From the IMG/VR virus record IMGVR_UViG_3300043219_000435: a stretch of 64,000 bases of DNA; one strand, 5' to 3'. This document shows, piece by piece, positions 8,948 to 17,867 of this stretch. Position numbers and translations under genes: made by a program. The notes under the pieces are model-generated. The model saw nothing but the letters and a program-made list of their open reading frames with translations. It was not told the DNA's origin and made no database searches. The stretch's first letter is position 1, and every line of letters starts with the position of its first letter. Source of the DNA: a virus. Its lineage: Duplodnaviria; Heunggongvirae; Uroviricota; Caudoviricetes.

Positions 8948-9145
8948 ATGGATGTAAAATTTAAAGATTTAGAGAATGGTGATATGTTTGAATGTTATGG
9001 TGATATTTTCATTAACTATAATTATTCAAAGATCTGCAGGTGTATTAAGATAGATGAGGATACCGCTCAGGAGATAGATGGTTGTAATTTTCTGGTGGAT
9101 CATAGTGATTATGTATATAAGGTGGATTCAAATGAAAGAATATAA
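8948..9145 (+). CDS. hypothetical protein
   Basis: ORF coupled to the upstream gene. Confidence 0.35.
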   Translation: MDVKFKDLENGDMFECYGDIFINYNYSKICRCIKIDEDTAQEIDGCNFLVDHSDYVYKVDSNERI

Positions 9146-9572
9146 AGTTTTTATGGATTCGAGCATTAAGATTTATACTAAAGAAGAGAATCCTGATATG
9201 ACCTATTATGGGTTTTTAGATTTCTTATATAATGAAGGTTGTAAAAAACCATATTATAGAACTAAAGATACTCAGTTTTATAATTCGATGTATGGTCCAT
9301 ATCATAATTGTTTACGTTTGATGAGATCTAGATATAACCAATCTGGATTTTATCCTGGATGGGACATCCGTGAAGATCGTAGAAAGTTACGTAGGTTGTT
9401 CTTCTATAAATTGGAAGAAGAGGTACAGGCAGCTTTAAATCCGTTAAAATTGGATGATACAATGACGTGGGCAGCTTTAAGTTTGGATCAAGGTGGTTAT
9501 ACATCAATTGATGTTGAATACACTTCACAGACTCTATTTTCAACTGGTAAAGGTTGGGAAATAAATAGTTGA
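9132..9572 (+). CDS. hypothetical protein with a GWEI-type C-terminus
   Basis: MKEYKVF... start with RBS AAGGTGGA; ends ..GKGWEINS. Confidence 0.4.
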   Translation: MKEYKVFMDSSIKIYTKEENPDMTYYGFLDFLYNEGCKKPYYRTKDTQFYNSMYGPYHNCLRLMRSRYNQSGFYPGWDIREDRRKLRRLFFYKLEEEVQAALNPLKLDDTMTWAALSLDQGGYTSIDVEYTSQTLFSTGKGWEINS

Positions 9573-9602
9573 CAAACTGAAGTGATTAATGTACTTTAGT
9601 TG

Positions 9603-9763
9603 TGCGCTGTTGGCGAAACATTGTGCAGACGCTCAGGGATCATAACTCTTATTTAAATTGACTAAGACAAGCATCCCTGGATTTGCGAATGGAAGATTGC
9701 GAGGGGTATACACCGGACAATTGGAAACGAGTAGAATAGGGGTTCGAATCCTTTACGGCGCAT
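9603..9763 (+). ncRNA. tRNA-like / Y-RNA-like structured RNA, copy 3
   Basis: TGCGCTG pairs with CGGCGCA (covarying relative to copies 1 and 2); TTGGCGAAACATTGTGC box; T-arm-like AGGGGTTCGAATCCTTT; starts directly after TACTTTAGTT. Confidence 0.55.
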
Positions 9764-9784
9764 TTTCAACTAAAGTGAATAAAC

Positions 9785-10093
9785 ATGAATAAAGATTGTC
9801 CTTTTTGCGGAGCTGTGGTATTTAAAAATGATTTTGGCAATGCATCTATAGAACATAAAAAAACTTGTTATTTCAACGAAATATATGCATTTCAAGGAAT
9901 ACAAATTTTAGATCTAGAAAAATGGAATAAGCGTGTTATCCCTTCAATGTATAGAGAAATAACAATAAAATCTGTTAAGAGTGTTCGAAGGATATCCAAC
10001 GCAGGTTTGAAAGAATCATTGAACGCACTTAAAGAATGTGACGGTGATATTGATAAAGCTGTAGAATTGTTGAAATTAACTAAAGTGAGATAA
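9785..10093 (+). CDS. zinc-ribbon protein with a UBA-like (EF-Ts N-terminal-like) domain
   Basis: N-terminal CPFCG...; C-terminal LKESLNALKECDGDIDKAVELL resembles the EF-Ts N-terminus (..CKKAL.E..GDIE.AIE.LR). Confidence 0.4.
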   Translation: MNKDCPFCGAVVFKNDFGNASIEHKKTCYFNEIYAFQGIQILDLEKWNKRVIPSMYREITIKSVKSVRRISNAGLKESLNALKECDGDIDKAVELLKLTKVR

Positions 10094-10095
10094 AC

Positions 10096-10302
10096 ATGAC
10101 AGATAATCAGATAAGTGCAGTAATAATATTTTCAATAGTAGAATTCTTCAATTTAATGTTTATGTTTATATTGTTATGTGATGGAAAATTCAGGACGAAA
10201 CTTCAGTTTTTAATTCATTTGTTTATACCATGGAGTTTAATGTATAGATTGTTCAGATATTGGTTTTTATCAGTAGAATCTGCGTGGGTCAGACTAAAGT
10301 AA
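10096..10302 (+). CDS. small membrane protein
   Basis: Hydrophobic helices. Confidence 0.4.
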   Translation: MTDNQISAVIIFSIVEFFNLMFMFILLCDGKFRTKLQFLIHLFIPWSLMYRLFRYWFLSVESAWVRLK

Positions 10303-10437
10303 ATAGGAATAATTATTATGGAAAAATTAGATGCACTTATAAAGATGATAAAGTTGTTTGTAGTCATATTTGTAATATATGGATTTGCATCATTGGTTCG
10401 TGATGTAATTAACTTACTTTAGTTTAAAAGGAAAACT

Positions 10438-10740
10438 ATGGCAGATAAAGAAAAGTGTGAAGAGATTATTTTAGAAGAGCACAAGAATGGTAATGTAGTA
10501 ACCTTTACAATAGAAGGCCCCGTAGCTCACAACCTAAAGGAATTTATCAAGCAGCCAGTTGACGGATTGTTATATGATTTGAATCGTTTAGAGGAAGTTG
10601 CGTTATCTTTGATAGATGATCCAAAATATGTAAATGATTTTGCAGTAGCTAAAGTGATCAGAGAATTATATAGACAATTAGAAGAATTAAAAGAAAAAGA
10701 AAAATTATATAAAGACGCATTAGAAGAGTGTAGACAGTAA
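10438..10740 (+). CDS. hypothetical protein
   Basis: TACTTTAGTT followed by RBS AAAGGAAAACT. Confidence 0.45.
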   Translation: MADKEKCEEIILEEHKNGNVVTFTIEGPVAHNLKEFIKQPVDGLLYDLNRLEEVALSLIDDPKYVNDFAVAKVIRELYRQLEELKEKEKLYKDALEECRQ

Positions 10741-10959
10741 TTACTTTAGTTTAAATAGTTACTCCGAATAATAATAACATAGAGCATATAAAGATAAGCC
10801 AACAGAAAACAATATACATGTCTGTAATTAAATCTCTTTTATTATCAACATTTTGTTGTATATCGTCTTTAGATTCTACCATTTGGTATCCTTTTTAATT
10901 TAAAGTAAATAAAAATATGGTAATGTCAAACAAAAAAATGTACTTTAGTTGTAAAAGGA

Positions 10960-11304
10960 TTGGCTATGAAAATATTAATTATAATAACATGTATGGTGTT
11001 TGGTTATGCTTTAGCTGATGACACGGAAGATATTACTCTTGTTGAGTTGTGTAAATATGCAGGATATGCACATATGTTAGGTGATGTGCATATATCTAAT
11101 GAGTTGCTACAGCAAGCGTTTACAAAAATACTAGTACCACCATGCGACAGTCTTAAAATTGAAACCCGTAGATGTTGGGATTTGTTTGATACTAGTAAAA
11201 AGATAGGTCTTCCTATTAGTGAACGTGAGTTAATAGGAAAAAAAATAGTCAAACTAAAGTTTATAGATATTCATCCTTCAATTTCCCATCCTTCTTTACA
11301 ATAA
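10960..11304 (+). CDS. secreted hypothetical protein
   Basis: Signal peptide MAMKILIIITCMVFGYALA. Confidence 0.45.
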   Translation: MAMKILIIITCMVFGYALADDTEDITLVELCKYAGYAHMLGDVHISNELLQQAFTKILVPPCDSLKIETRRCWDLFDTSKKIGLPISERELIGKKIVKLKFIDIHPSISHPSLQ

Positions 11305-11621
11305 AAATACCTTGATTGTAATTTATATTCTTGTGCAAATCCAATAAGTTTAATAGTCATTCTAATAAGAATTTCGTCTGGTTCAACTAATTTATAAGTC
11401 GGTACAGTCCTTCTAAATCTTCCTTTATATGTCCGTTTTAGTTTATTACTTTTGATTAGATATTTTCTTATAGAATCCATACTTTCAGGATCAAATGAAA
11501 ATATCAGAGTATTTCCAGTAGTATTTTCAATAATACCAATTAGTTTTTTATATGTGCTATCAAATACTTTAGTTGCTTTTTTATCCGCTACAACTAAAGT
11601 GTCCAGGTATTCATGGTTCAT
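11271..11621 (-). CDS. LDTLV...GWEV family protein
   Basis: MNHEYLDTLVV...KEGWEIEG. Confidence 0.55.
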   Translation of the reverse strand: MNHEYLDTLVVADKKATKVFDSTYKKLIGIIENTTGNTLIFSFDPESMDSIRKYLIKSNKLKRTYKGRFRRTVPTYKLVEPDEILIRMTIKLIGFAQEYKLQSRYFYCKEGWEIEG

Positions 11622-12052
11622 TCAATTTCCCATCCATCACCGGTTGTATGTTGAAGTCTGGTTGTATTTTCACAGATTCTTTGATATAGTAATTTGTCAA
11701 GTTCATCTACTTCTTTGCTTATATCTTCTTTAATATCAAATAATAATAGGTAGGTCGATATCCATTGATTATCTTTATCTGCTAACCATTTTTTATAATT
11801 AGTTACATCAGTTGATTGGTTCATCACTACTTTTTCTTCAGCCATGAGTATCATAGTAATTTTCATGATGTCTTTTTTGAAGTCATCCATGAAGTCGAAT
11901 TTTTGTTTGCCGTATGGATCGTTTAGATAACGAGATGAATCCTGGTTCATTATATTCAAAACAATATATTCTCTACATTTTTCATATTCTTTCTGCTGGT
12001 TGTGTGGTAGAATAACTCCAACTAAAGTATCAAGGTATTTCGGATCGTACAT
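11618..12052 (-). CDS. LDTLV...GWEV family protein
   Basis: MYDPKYLDTLVG...GDGWEIE. Confidence 0.55.
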   Translation of the reverse strand: MYDPKYLDTLVGVILPHNQQKEYEKCREYIVLNIMNQDSSRYLNDPYGKQKFDFMDDFKKDIMKITMILMAEEKVVMNQSTDVTNYKKWLADKDNQWISTYLLLFDIKEDISKEVDELDKLLYQRICENTTRLQHTTGDGWEIE

Positions 12053-12328
12053 TTAATATTCCCATCCTGTTTTAGGGTGAAAGATCATATCAATATAATA
12101 TCCGGCAATGATGCTAAACATTCTCGCTTCAAGATCATATACATCTTTAATACCATGTGAATCTACACTAATTATTTGAAATGATTCCTGACCTTGAAAA
12201 CCGATAAGTGTTTCACCATTTTCATAATGTTCAATTGCTTTAATTCTTTCTTTAAAGAATAGGTCTCTTACTTCAGTTGAGATTGTCGGTTTAACTAAAG
12301 TGTCCAGGTGTTTATAATTCATATTCAA
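12053..12328 (-). CDS. LDTLV...GWEV family protein
   Basis: MNMNYKHLDTLVKP...KTGWEY. Confidence 0.55.
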   Translation of the reverse strand: MNMNYKHLDTLVKPTISTEVRDLFFKERIKAIEHYENGETLIGFQGQESFQIISVDSHGIKDVYDLEARMFSIIAGYYIDMIFHPKTGWEY

Positions 12329-12557
12329 GTTCTTTTTGAGTATATTCTTTTCCGTTTATAACTTGTCTCAGAGTGACTACATCAATTTCATATGCTTTCC
12401 AATCTTCCAGGACGTAGATATAATGTTTAATCACTTTAGTTGATTCTCTGGGAGCCGGTTCGAGCATATCCATTTTATATGCATATGCAGCGTAATAAGA
12501 TCCTTCTATCAATGCAAAGTCACTGAATCTTCTTGATCTAAACAATGGAGCATTCAT
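12312..12557 (-). CDS. hypothetical protein inside the array (carries the motif in another frame)
   Basis: No LDTLV or GWEV; STKV is encoded by ACTAAAGT in a different frame. Confidence 0.4.
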   Translation of the reverse strand: MNAPLFRSRRFSDFALIEGSYYAAYAYKMDMLEPAPRESTKVIKHYIYVLEDWKAYEIDVVTLRQVINGKEYTQKELEYEL

Positions 12558-12709
12558 ATAACCTCCCAGCTACTGCATTTATTAATATAGAGATTTGAAA
12601 CAATTTTATAGACATAATTATGTCTGTCGTTATATGTAGTAAGCTTTGAGAAATCTATAGGCTTCTTTTTCCGAGGCCCAACTAAAGTATCCAGGTATTC
12701 AACAGTCAT
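12554..12709 (-). CDS. LDTLV...WEV family protein (51 aa, absent from the ORF track)
   Basis: MTVEYLDTLVGP...SSWEVI; ATGA overlaps on both sides. Confidence 0.45.
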   Translation of the reverse strand: MTVEYLDTLVGPRKKKPIDFSKLTTYNDRHNYVYKIVSNLYINKCSSWEVI

Positions 12710-13059
12710 ACTTCCCATCCTTCACCTTCACTATAACTACTGCAATGTTCACAATATTTTTTCATTTCTTTAATATGAAGTGGTGAGTCATCGAAATCAA
12801 ATCTTTTTATATGTCGTTTATTTTGCGAAGAGATAAAATGTTCGATTCGTATTCGATACATATTATTAGTATTTGGATGGTTTAAAATGGAATGATCTAT
12901 TAATAGTGTGATTAATACATAATTCAAAAATCCATATGAGCCTTTGAAATATATATTACTATATGTCAATGATTTTATGCCTTCATATATCACTTCAAAT
13001 AATTGATCTGACTTTAGTTTCTCCGGCCCAACTAAAGTATCCAGGTGTTCAACAGTCAT
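12706..13059 (-). CDS. LDTLV...GWEV family protein
   Basis: MTVEHLDTLVGP...GEGWEV; the track version starts at 13068 (MGSM). Confidence 0.55.
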   Translation of the reverse strand: MTVEHLDTLVGPEKLKSDQLFEVIYEGIKSLTYSNIYFKGSYGFLNYVLITLLIDHSILNHPNTNNMYRIRIEHFISSQNKRHIKRFDFDDSPLHIKEMKKYCEHCSSYSEGEGWEV

Positions 13060-13415
13060 ACTTCCCATCCTTCACCTGTTGTATCATTTGGGTCATATTT
13101 GAATGTTACAAGTGATACAATTTCAGTAAGTATTTTTTGATAGTCTTCCATTTTTCCAGATATTATATATCTGGCTAATGTTATTGTAATTCTATCGAAA
13201 TTATAATTGTACAACGGGAATAAGCGAGTATGGTGTATGAATCTTTCGGTTACTCTTCTAGTATCTGGATAAGCTATTTCTTTCATATCTGCAATAGTTT
13301 GATGGACACATATAAGTGCAGCCATATATTGTTCATCAGATATTTTTTTAGTTGTAGTAACTAAAGTGTCAAGATATTTTACTTTATAATTTTTTGTATC
13401 CAAAATTTTCCACAT
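13056..13415 (-). CDS. LDTLV...GWEV family protein
   Basis: ..YKVKYLDTLVTT...GEGWEV. Confidence 0.5.
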   Translation of the reverse strand: MWKILDTKNYKVKYLDTLVTTTKKISDEQYMAALICVHQTIADMKEIAYPDTRRVTERFIHHTRLFPLYNYNFDRITITLARYIISGKMEDYQKILTEIVSLVTFKYDPNDTTGEGWEV

Positions 13416-13423
13416 TTAAATAA

Positions 13424-13535
13424 AGAGTCTGGTAGGATTCTAACCTACAATTTAAGATCCGTTTATCGAGATTTTACCGTCTTTGACAACTTAAAGGAAC
13501 CTGACATCCTGCGATTATCATTTCGCTTCAGACTC
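13424..13535 (-). ncRNA. tRNA-like / Y-RNA-like structured RNA, copy 4 (minus strand)
   Basis: Minus-sense 5' GAGTCTG AA GCGA-AATGATAA-TCGC (clean D-arm) ... T-arm GTAGG-TTAGAAT-CCTAC then CAGACTC at the 3' end. Confidence 0.5.
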
Positions 13536-13639
13536 ATATAGAAAGTATATAAAAAATAAAGTTGAGTCAATAAAAATATAGACCAGTTAATAAAAACATA
13601 TTACTTTAGTTACTACGGATTAATAATTGGAGTATATAA

Positions 13640-14296
13640 ATGATAATGACACGGGATCAGATAAAGAAAGAAATATTAAAATTAAATGGATATGCTTTTA
13701 TATCATTTGAAGCGCAATATGACATATCTAAAAGTATCTTAAAAGCAGGTTCTAAGAAGGCTCAGGCTGCTTTATTGGAAAGTGGTATAGATAGATCTAA
13801 GATGTTCAAACGAGTTGTTACACATGCTCATTTGGCTACTACAAAGCGTGGTTATAATGAGTTTGTAGAGAATGAGTTTAAACGTGCTGGAATACCTACA
13901 GGGTTTAAAGAATGGAAGTCTTCCCAGGTAGAGAAATATGGTAAGACTTACAATGGTACATATGAGCGTATTGATGAGAATAATGCAGCATTGGAGATTG
14001 GTAAGAATGATACTGAGTATTTGGTGATATTTCGTGCTAAGAATTTAGAGACGGATTATTACTATATCGATGAGCAAACTAAAGAAAAACAAAAGATTTC
14101 TTTGGATGATTCCAAGCTTGTTGATTTTCAACCGAAGAGTTCAGTGAAGTATTTAGAGTATACTGAATATGAACAGATGGTGCGAAAGGTTCGTGATCGG
14201 ATTAATATACGTAAACCAAAATTAGATAACATACGATCAATCAACATTCTTGGTAATAATATTGATTTGATTGGTGATCACGGTTGGGAAGTTTAA
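13640..14296 (+). CDS. hypothetical protein with a GWEV C-terminus
   Basis: Ends ..IGDHGWEV; conserved GAGTCAATA..TACTTTAGTT promoter-like box upstream. Confidence 0.45.
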   Translation: MIMTRDQIKKEILKLNGYAFISFEAQYDISKSILKAGSKKAQAALLESGIDRSKMFKRVVTHAHLATTKRGYNEFVENEFKRAGIPTGFKEWKSSQVEKYGKTYNGTYERIDENNAALEIGKNDTEYLVIFRAKNLETDYYYIDEQTKEKQKISLDDSKLVDFQPKSSVKYLEYTEYEQMVRKVRDRINIRKPKLDNIRSINILGNNIDLIGDHGWEV

Positions 14297-14297
14297 T

Positions 14298-14666
14298 ATG
14301 TATAGCTTAAATTATAAACTAAAGTGTGAAGAATGCAAAAAGAATTTTACCGGTCGGATGAATGGTAAGTTTTGTTGTTCTTCATGTGCAACGAAGAATT
14401 GGAAGAATAACAATAAAGAGAAGATAAAAAAGAGATCACTGGAATGGTATAAAGAAAATCGTGAAGAACGTTTAAAGAAATCAAAGAAATATCGTGAAGA
14501 GAATCGTGAGAAGGCTTTAACATATGGTTTTTGGTATTATCAAAAGAATCGTCAAATAATTATTGATCGAGCGCAGGAATATCATAAAGCTAATCGTGAT
14601 AAATTATTACCTCGAATGAGAGCGTATATGGCTAAAAGACGTAAAGAAGAATTGGGGAACGTATGA
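14298..14666 (+). CDS. basic Cys-containing protein
   Basis: MYSLNYKLKCEECKK..CCSSC; K/R/E-rich; the ATG overlaps the junction GGTTGGGAAGT. Confidence 0.4.
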   Translation: MYSLNYKLKCEECKKNFTGRMNGKFCCSSCATKNWKNNNKEKIKKRSLEWYKENREERLKKSKKYREENREKALTYGFWYYQKNRQIIIDRAQEYHKANRDKLLPRMRAYMAKRRKEELGNV

Positions 14667-14875
14667 AATATTTAATAATTGTTTTTATTGTTACTTTAGT
14701 TGGGTGTGAAGGTGGAAATCATGTAGGTGATAGAACTTCAGTTTATGATACTGCATGTATAAATGGAGTTAAATATTATAGACGTGGACCTTCATTGGCA
14801 CCTGCATATGATAGAAGTGGTAATGTTGTTTTGTGTGAGGAGGAGGAGGAGGTTAATAAATGCAACCACAAATAG
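14663..14875 (+). CDS. small lipoprotein
   Basis: MKYLIIVFIVTLVGC lipobox. Confidence 0.45.
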   Translation: MKYLIIVFIVTLVGCEGGNHVGDRTSVYDTACINGVKYYRRGPSLAPAYDRSGNVVLCEEEEEVNKCNHK

Positions 14876-15051
14876 TATACACGTACATAGTAGATATGGA
14901 AATAGGTACAAATGGTGGTAGGGCTGTAAATAGTCTCGTAAAGATTCATCATTGTACCAACAACAAATATTATCGTGAGTCTCATGGTAAATTTGCCGGT
15001 GTATTAACTGAAGTATCTAAAGAAGAATTTGACAGTTGTAAACTAAAGTAA
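14860..15051 (+). CDS. hypothetical protein
   Basis: ORF ending in the AACTAAAGTAA motif. Confidence 0.35.
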   Translation: MQPQIVYTYIVDMEIGTNGGRAVNSLVKIHHCTNNKYYRESHGKFAGVLTEVSKEEFDSCKLK

Positions 15052-15237
15052 TATATTTAATCTGGAAGAATGAAGCTCACAGAAGGTACTAATGAAGCTC
15101 ATAATGTGGTACTGGCGAAATATAGTGGCTTATATTGGAACCGACCTCTACTTTAGTTTAGCCGATTAAAGGAATGTCTGAGAAACGGTTTGAGTTTTAC
15201 GAGTAAGTTCTTTCAGGTTTTTAAATAAGGAAAACAA

Positions 15238-15732
15238 ATGAAAAAATTTAAAAATGTAACTATAATAAAATATCCTGTATTCATATGGGATGTAGAGAAT
15301 GAATGTGTTGCGCTGAATGATATTGATAGAAATGTGACCTCTCATGTGATTAGAACATACAAATTTTCTGAAGACCAAACAATTGAAGATTTAATTGAAG
15401 ATCATAAAGATTATCATATTGTAATATGTGCAAACAATGAAACGTTATATTGGGATTATAATAAAAATCCTATTAAATTACCGAATATTAATCGTTCTTT
15501 TCCACCAAAACCAACAAGTGATAAGAGAGTGAGAATTTGTTTAATAGATAAAAATGGAAAATCTGTTGTACCATATGATTCAGAAATTTATATTGAAGGT
15601 AAAGCAATACGTAAATCAGATTTTATTAGAGAGATAGAATCTGGTGGAAGACCAGAATATCATATACGTGTAATTGATGGTGTAAAAACTCCATTTTTTA
15701 ATCCTGGCAAACCAAAAGATCATAGGGATTGA
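15238..15732 (+). CDS. hypothetical protein
   Basis: RBS AAGGAAAACAA. Confidence 0.45.
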   Translation: MKKFKNVTIIKYPVFIWDVENECVALNDIDRNVTSHVIRTYKFSEDQTIEDLIEDHKDYHIVICANNETLYWDYNKNPIKLPNINRSFPPKPTSDKRVRICLIDKNGKSVVPYDSEIYIEGKAIRKSDFIREIESGGRPEYHIRVIDGVKTPFFNPGKPKDHRD

Positions 15733-15755
15733 CAAACTAAAGTAAAGGTGAGTTT

Positions 15756-16004
15756 ATGAGCATGCGTGAAGAATATAGTAAATTGACTAGTTATCAAAAA
15801 TTCATTTTCAACAGTATAAGATATGGGTCAAAACTCGTATCATCTGAAGGTGAAAATTATAAATGTTGTTTAGATATACATGGTAATAAAAAAATGATAA
15901 GAAGAAACTCTGCAGAAATTGTTTGTGATAAAATGAAAGAGTATCTTATATTTGGTGACAATGAAGGTATTATATTTAAAAAACCTAAACGGAAGCAGGA
16001 TTAA
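15756..16004 (+). CDS. hypothetical protein
   Basis: ORF following the motif with RBS AAGGTGAG. Confidence 0.4.
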   Translation: MSMREEYSKLTSYQKFIFNSIRYGSKLVSSEGENYKCCLDIHGNKKMIRRNSAEIVCDKMKEYLIFGDNEGIIFKKPKRKQD

Positions 16005-16637
16005 ATGGATTATGGAAATATAGTAATATTGACGGGTGCAGGAATATCTGCAGAATCTGGAATTCCAACATTCCGTGGTGACGATGGATTGTGGGAAGGT
16101 GAGCCGATTGAAGAAATTGGTACTTCTGAAGGATATAGAAAAGATCCTGAAAGAGTTATTTCTTTTTTAAATGAATTAATAGATAAGTTTGCAGCAAAAC
16201 CAAATGCAGCTCATTACGCTTTAGCTGAAGCGGAAGCTAAAGCAGTATCAAAAGGTTATAAATTTACCTTGATAACTCAGAACATTGATGATTTACATGA
16301 GCAAGCAGGTAGTAAGAATATCTTACATATTCATGGTCAGTTGAACAAAACGGTAATTGATGATAATGGTGAACCAAGACCTGATGTTGTTTTGTTTGGT
16401 GAAAATCCATATCATGTTAAAGAGATTCAGAAGATGATGAAGTTCTGCAGATTGTTTGTATCTATTGGAACATCTGGTGAAGTATTACCGGCAGCATCAT
16501 TTGTTGATTTAGCATTTCGTGGTAGGACTGTAGAACTAAATTTAGAATCTACATGTATCAGTAAACGATTTCAAGAATATTCTTATGGCCCTGCAACTAA
16601 AGTAGTTCCTGAATTTTTCAGCAATATCAATAAATGA
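16005..16637 (+). CDS. Sir2-family NAD-dependent deacylase/ADP-ribosyltransferase (short form without a Zn ribbon)
   Basis: GAGISAESGIPTFRG Rossmann motif; QNIDDLH; HIHG catalytic His. Confidence 0.7.
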   Translation: MDYGNIVILTGAGISAESGIPTFRGDDGLWEGEPIEEIGTSEGYRKDPERVISFLNELIDKFAAKPNAAHYALAEAEAKAVSKGYKFTLITQNIDDLHEQAGSKNILHIHGQLNKTVIDDNGEPRPDVVLFGENPYHVKEIQKMMKFCRLFVSIGTSGEVLPAASFVDLAFRGRTVELNLESTCISKRFQEYSYGPATKVVPEFFSNINK

Positions 16638-16819
16638 CAATTGAGTATTTAGACAGTATTGTATTACCTGAAGAGATTATATATTTAGTTCCATACAACA
16701 TTTATACTATAGAACGATATATAAAATTTCTTAGAAAACAAAATATTTATCAAACGTTTTGGAGTCGTATTACTTTATTTCAAACAGAACAATTTGGTTG
16801 GGAAGTAAATGACAGTTGA
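16634..16819 (+). CDS. LD(S/T)(I/L)V...GWEV family protein
   Basis: MTIEYLDSIVLP...FGWEVNDS; the N-terminus is encoded without the ACTAAAGT motif. Confidence 0.5.
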   Translation: MTIEYLDSIVLPEEIIYLVPYNIYTIERYIKFLRKQNIYQTFWSRITLFQTEQFGWEVNDS

Positions 16820-16994
16820 TTATTTAGACAGTGTTGTATTACCGGAAAAATATTATTATATCGTGCCGTTTCAAGTTAAGTCATTAAGACAATATTTAAA
16901 TTATATGAATAAATATCATAATAGATTGTATAGTGATTATAATAGAATTGTCGTATATCGACCAAAACAAATAGGTTGGGAAGTAAATAGTTGA
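16809..16994 (+). CDS. LD(S/T)(I/L)V...GWEV family protein
   Basis: MTVDYLDSVVLP...IGWEVNS. Confidence 0.5.
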   Translation: MTVDYLDSVVLPEKYYYIVPFQVKSLRQYLNYMNKYHNRLYSDYNRIVVYRPKQIGWEVNS

Positions 16995-17024
16995 AAATGA
17001 ATAATTTTACAAAAGGAAGAAAAA

Positions 17025-17393
17025 ATGACTAAGTTAATAATCGTGCTAAGGAAAGACCTTAATATGCGTAAGGGAAAAATGATCAGCCAAGGTGCTCATG
17101 CCGTTTTAAAAATTTTTACTGATAGAATTACAGATACAGGTTTTTTAGAGACGACTGTAGAGATGGATGAATGGTTAAAAACTGATTACACTAAAATTGC
17201 TTTAGCTGTTAATTCTGAAGAAGAATTGTTGACATTACAAAAAATAGCAGAAGAACAAAATATACCAAATGCTTTAATTAAAGATCTTGGAAAAACTGAA
17301 TTTAATGGTGTCGAAACGTATACTGCTTTAGCTATTGGTCCTGCACAAATAGATATTATTGATGGTATAAGTGGTCATTTAAAATTATTATAG
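17025..17393 (+). CDS. peptidyl-tRNA hydrolase, PTH2 family
   Basis: LIIVLRKDLNMRKGKMISQGAHAV... matches the PTH2 core (GK.AAQ..HA). Confidence 0.7.
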   Translation: MTKLIIVLRKDLNMRKGKMISQGAHAVLKIFTDRITDTGFLETTVEMDEWLKTDYTKIALAVNSEEELLTLQKIAEEQNIPNALIKDLGKTEFNGVETYTALAIGPAQIDIIDGISGHLKLL

Positions 17394-17522
17394 GAATACG
17401 AACTAAAGTAATCAATTGACAATTTTAAGTACTTTAGTTAATATAAACGTGTACGGCACGAGTTTCACAGATGGGTTGTTTAGTCAAGTTCGAATCTTGG
17501 AGCTAAAACCGTATTAACTAAA

Positions 17523-17702
17523 GTAGGTTTTATGAATATTATTACGATTGATGAACAAAATTATGAGATAGTTTATACATCGAAGAAGAGAGATGTTGCA
17601 GCAAATATTTGTTACAAATTGTGCGAATACACACCAGAGCTTTGTCATTGTGAATGTCAATGTGATGATGGTAAAGAATATTATTTAAAGAAAGTAAAAT
17701 AA
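17523..17702 (+). CDS. small Cys-rich protein
   Basis: ..CYKLCEYTPELCHCECQCDDG; follows AACTAAAGTAGG. Confidence 0.35.
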   Translation, partial: VGFMNIITIDEQNYEIVYTSKKRDVAANICYKLCEYTPELCHCECQCDDGKEYYLKKVK

Positions 17703-17867
17703 ATGGAAGTACTTATTGGGCCAGTAGCATTTGGAATCAAATATGGCATATGTCCTATATGTGGTTATGATAAAATAGAGTTAACTGATATTGAATGTTA
17801 TAAATGTGATCAGCCTGTACAACCAGTAGAACGGATACTTACAATAGAATTAAAGGATAAGAAATGA
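17703..17867 (+). CDS. small zinc-ribbon protein
   Basis: CPICGY...CYKCDQ; ATGA overlap with tsf. Confidence 0.35.
   Translation: MEVLIGPVAFGIKYGICPICGYDKIELTDIECYKCDQPVQPVERILTIELKDKK

Noticed and set aside
14826-14850. GAGGAGGAGGAGGAG run
   Set aside because: It is in frame and encodes EEEEE. It is not an array of SD sites.
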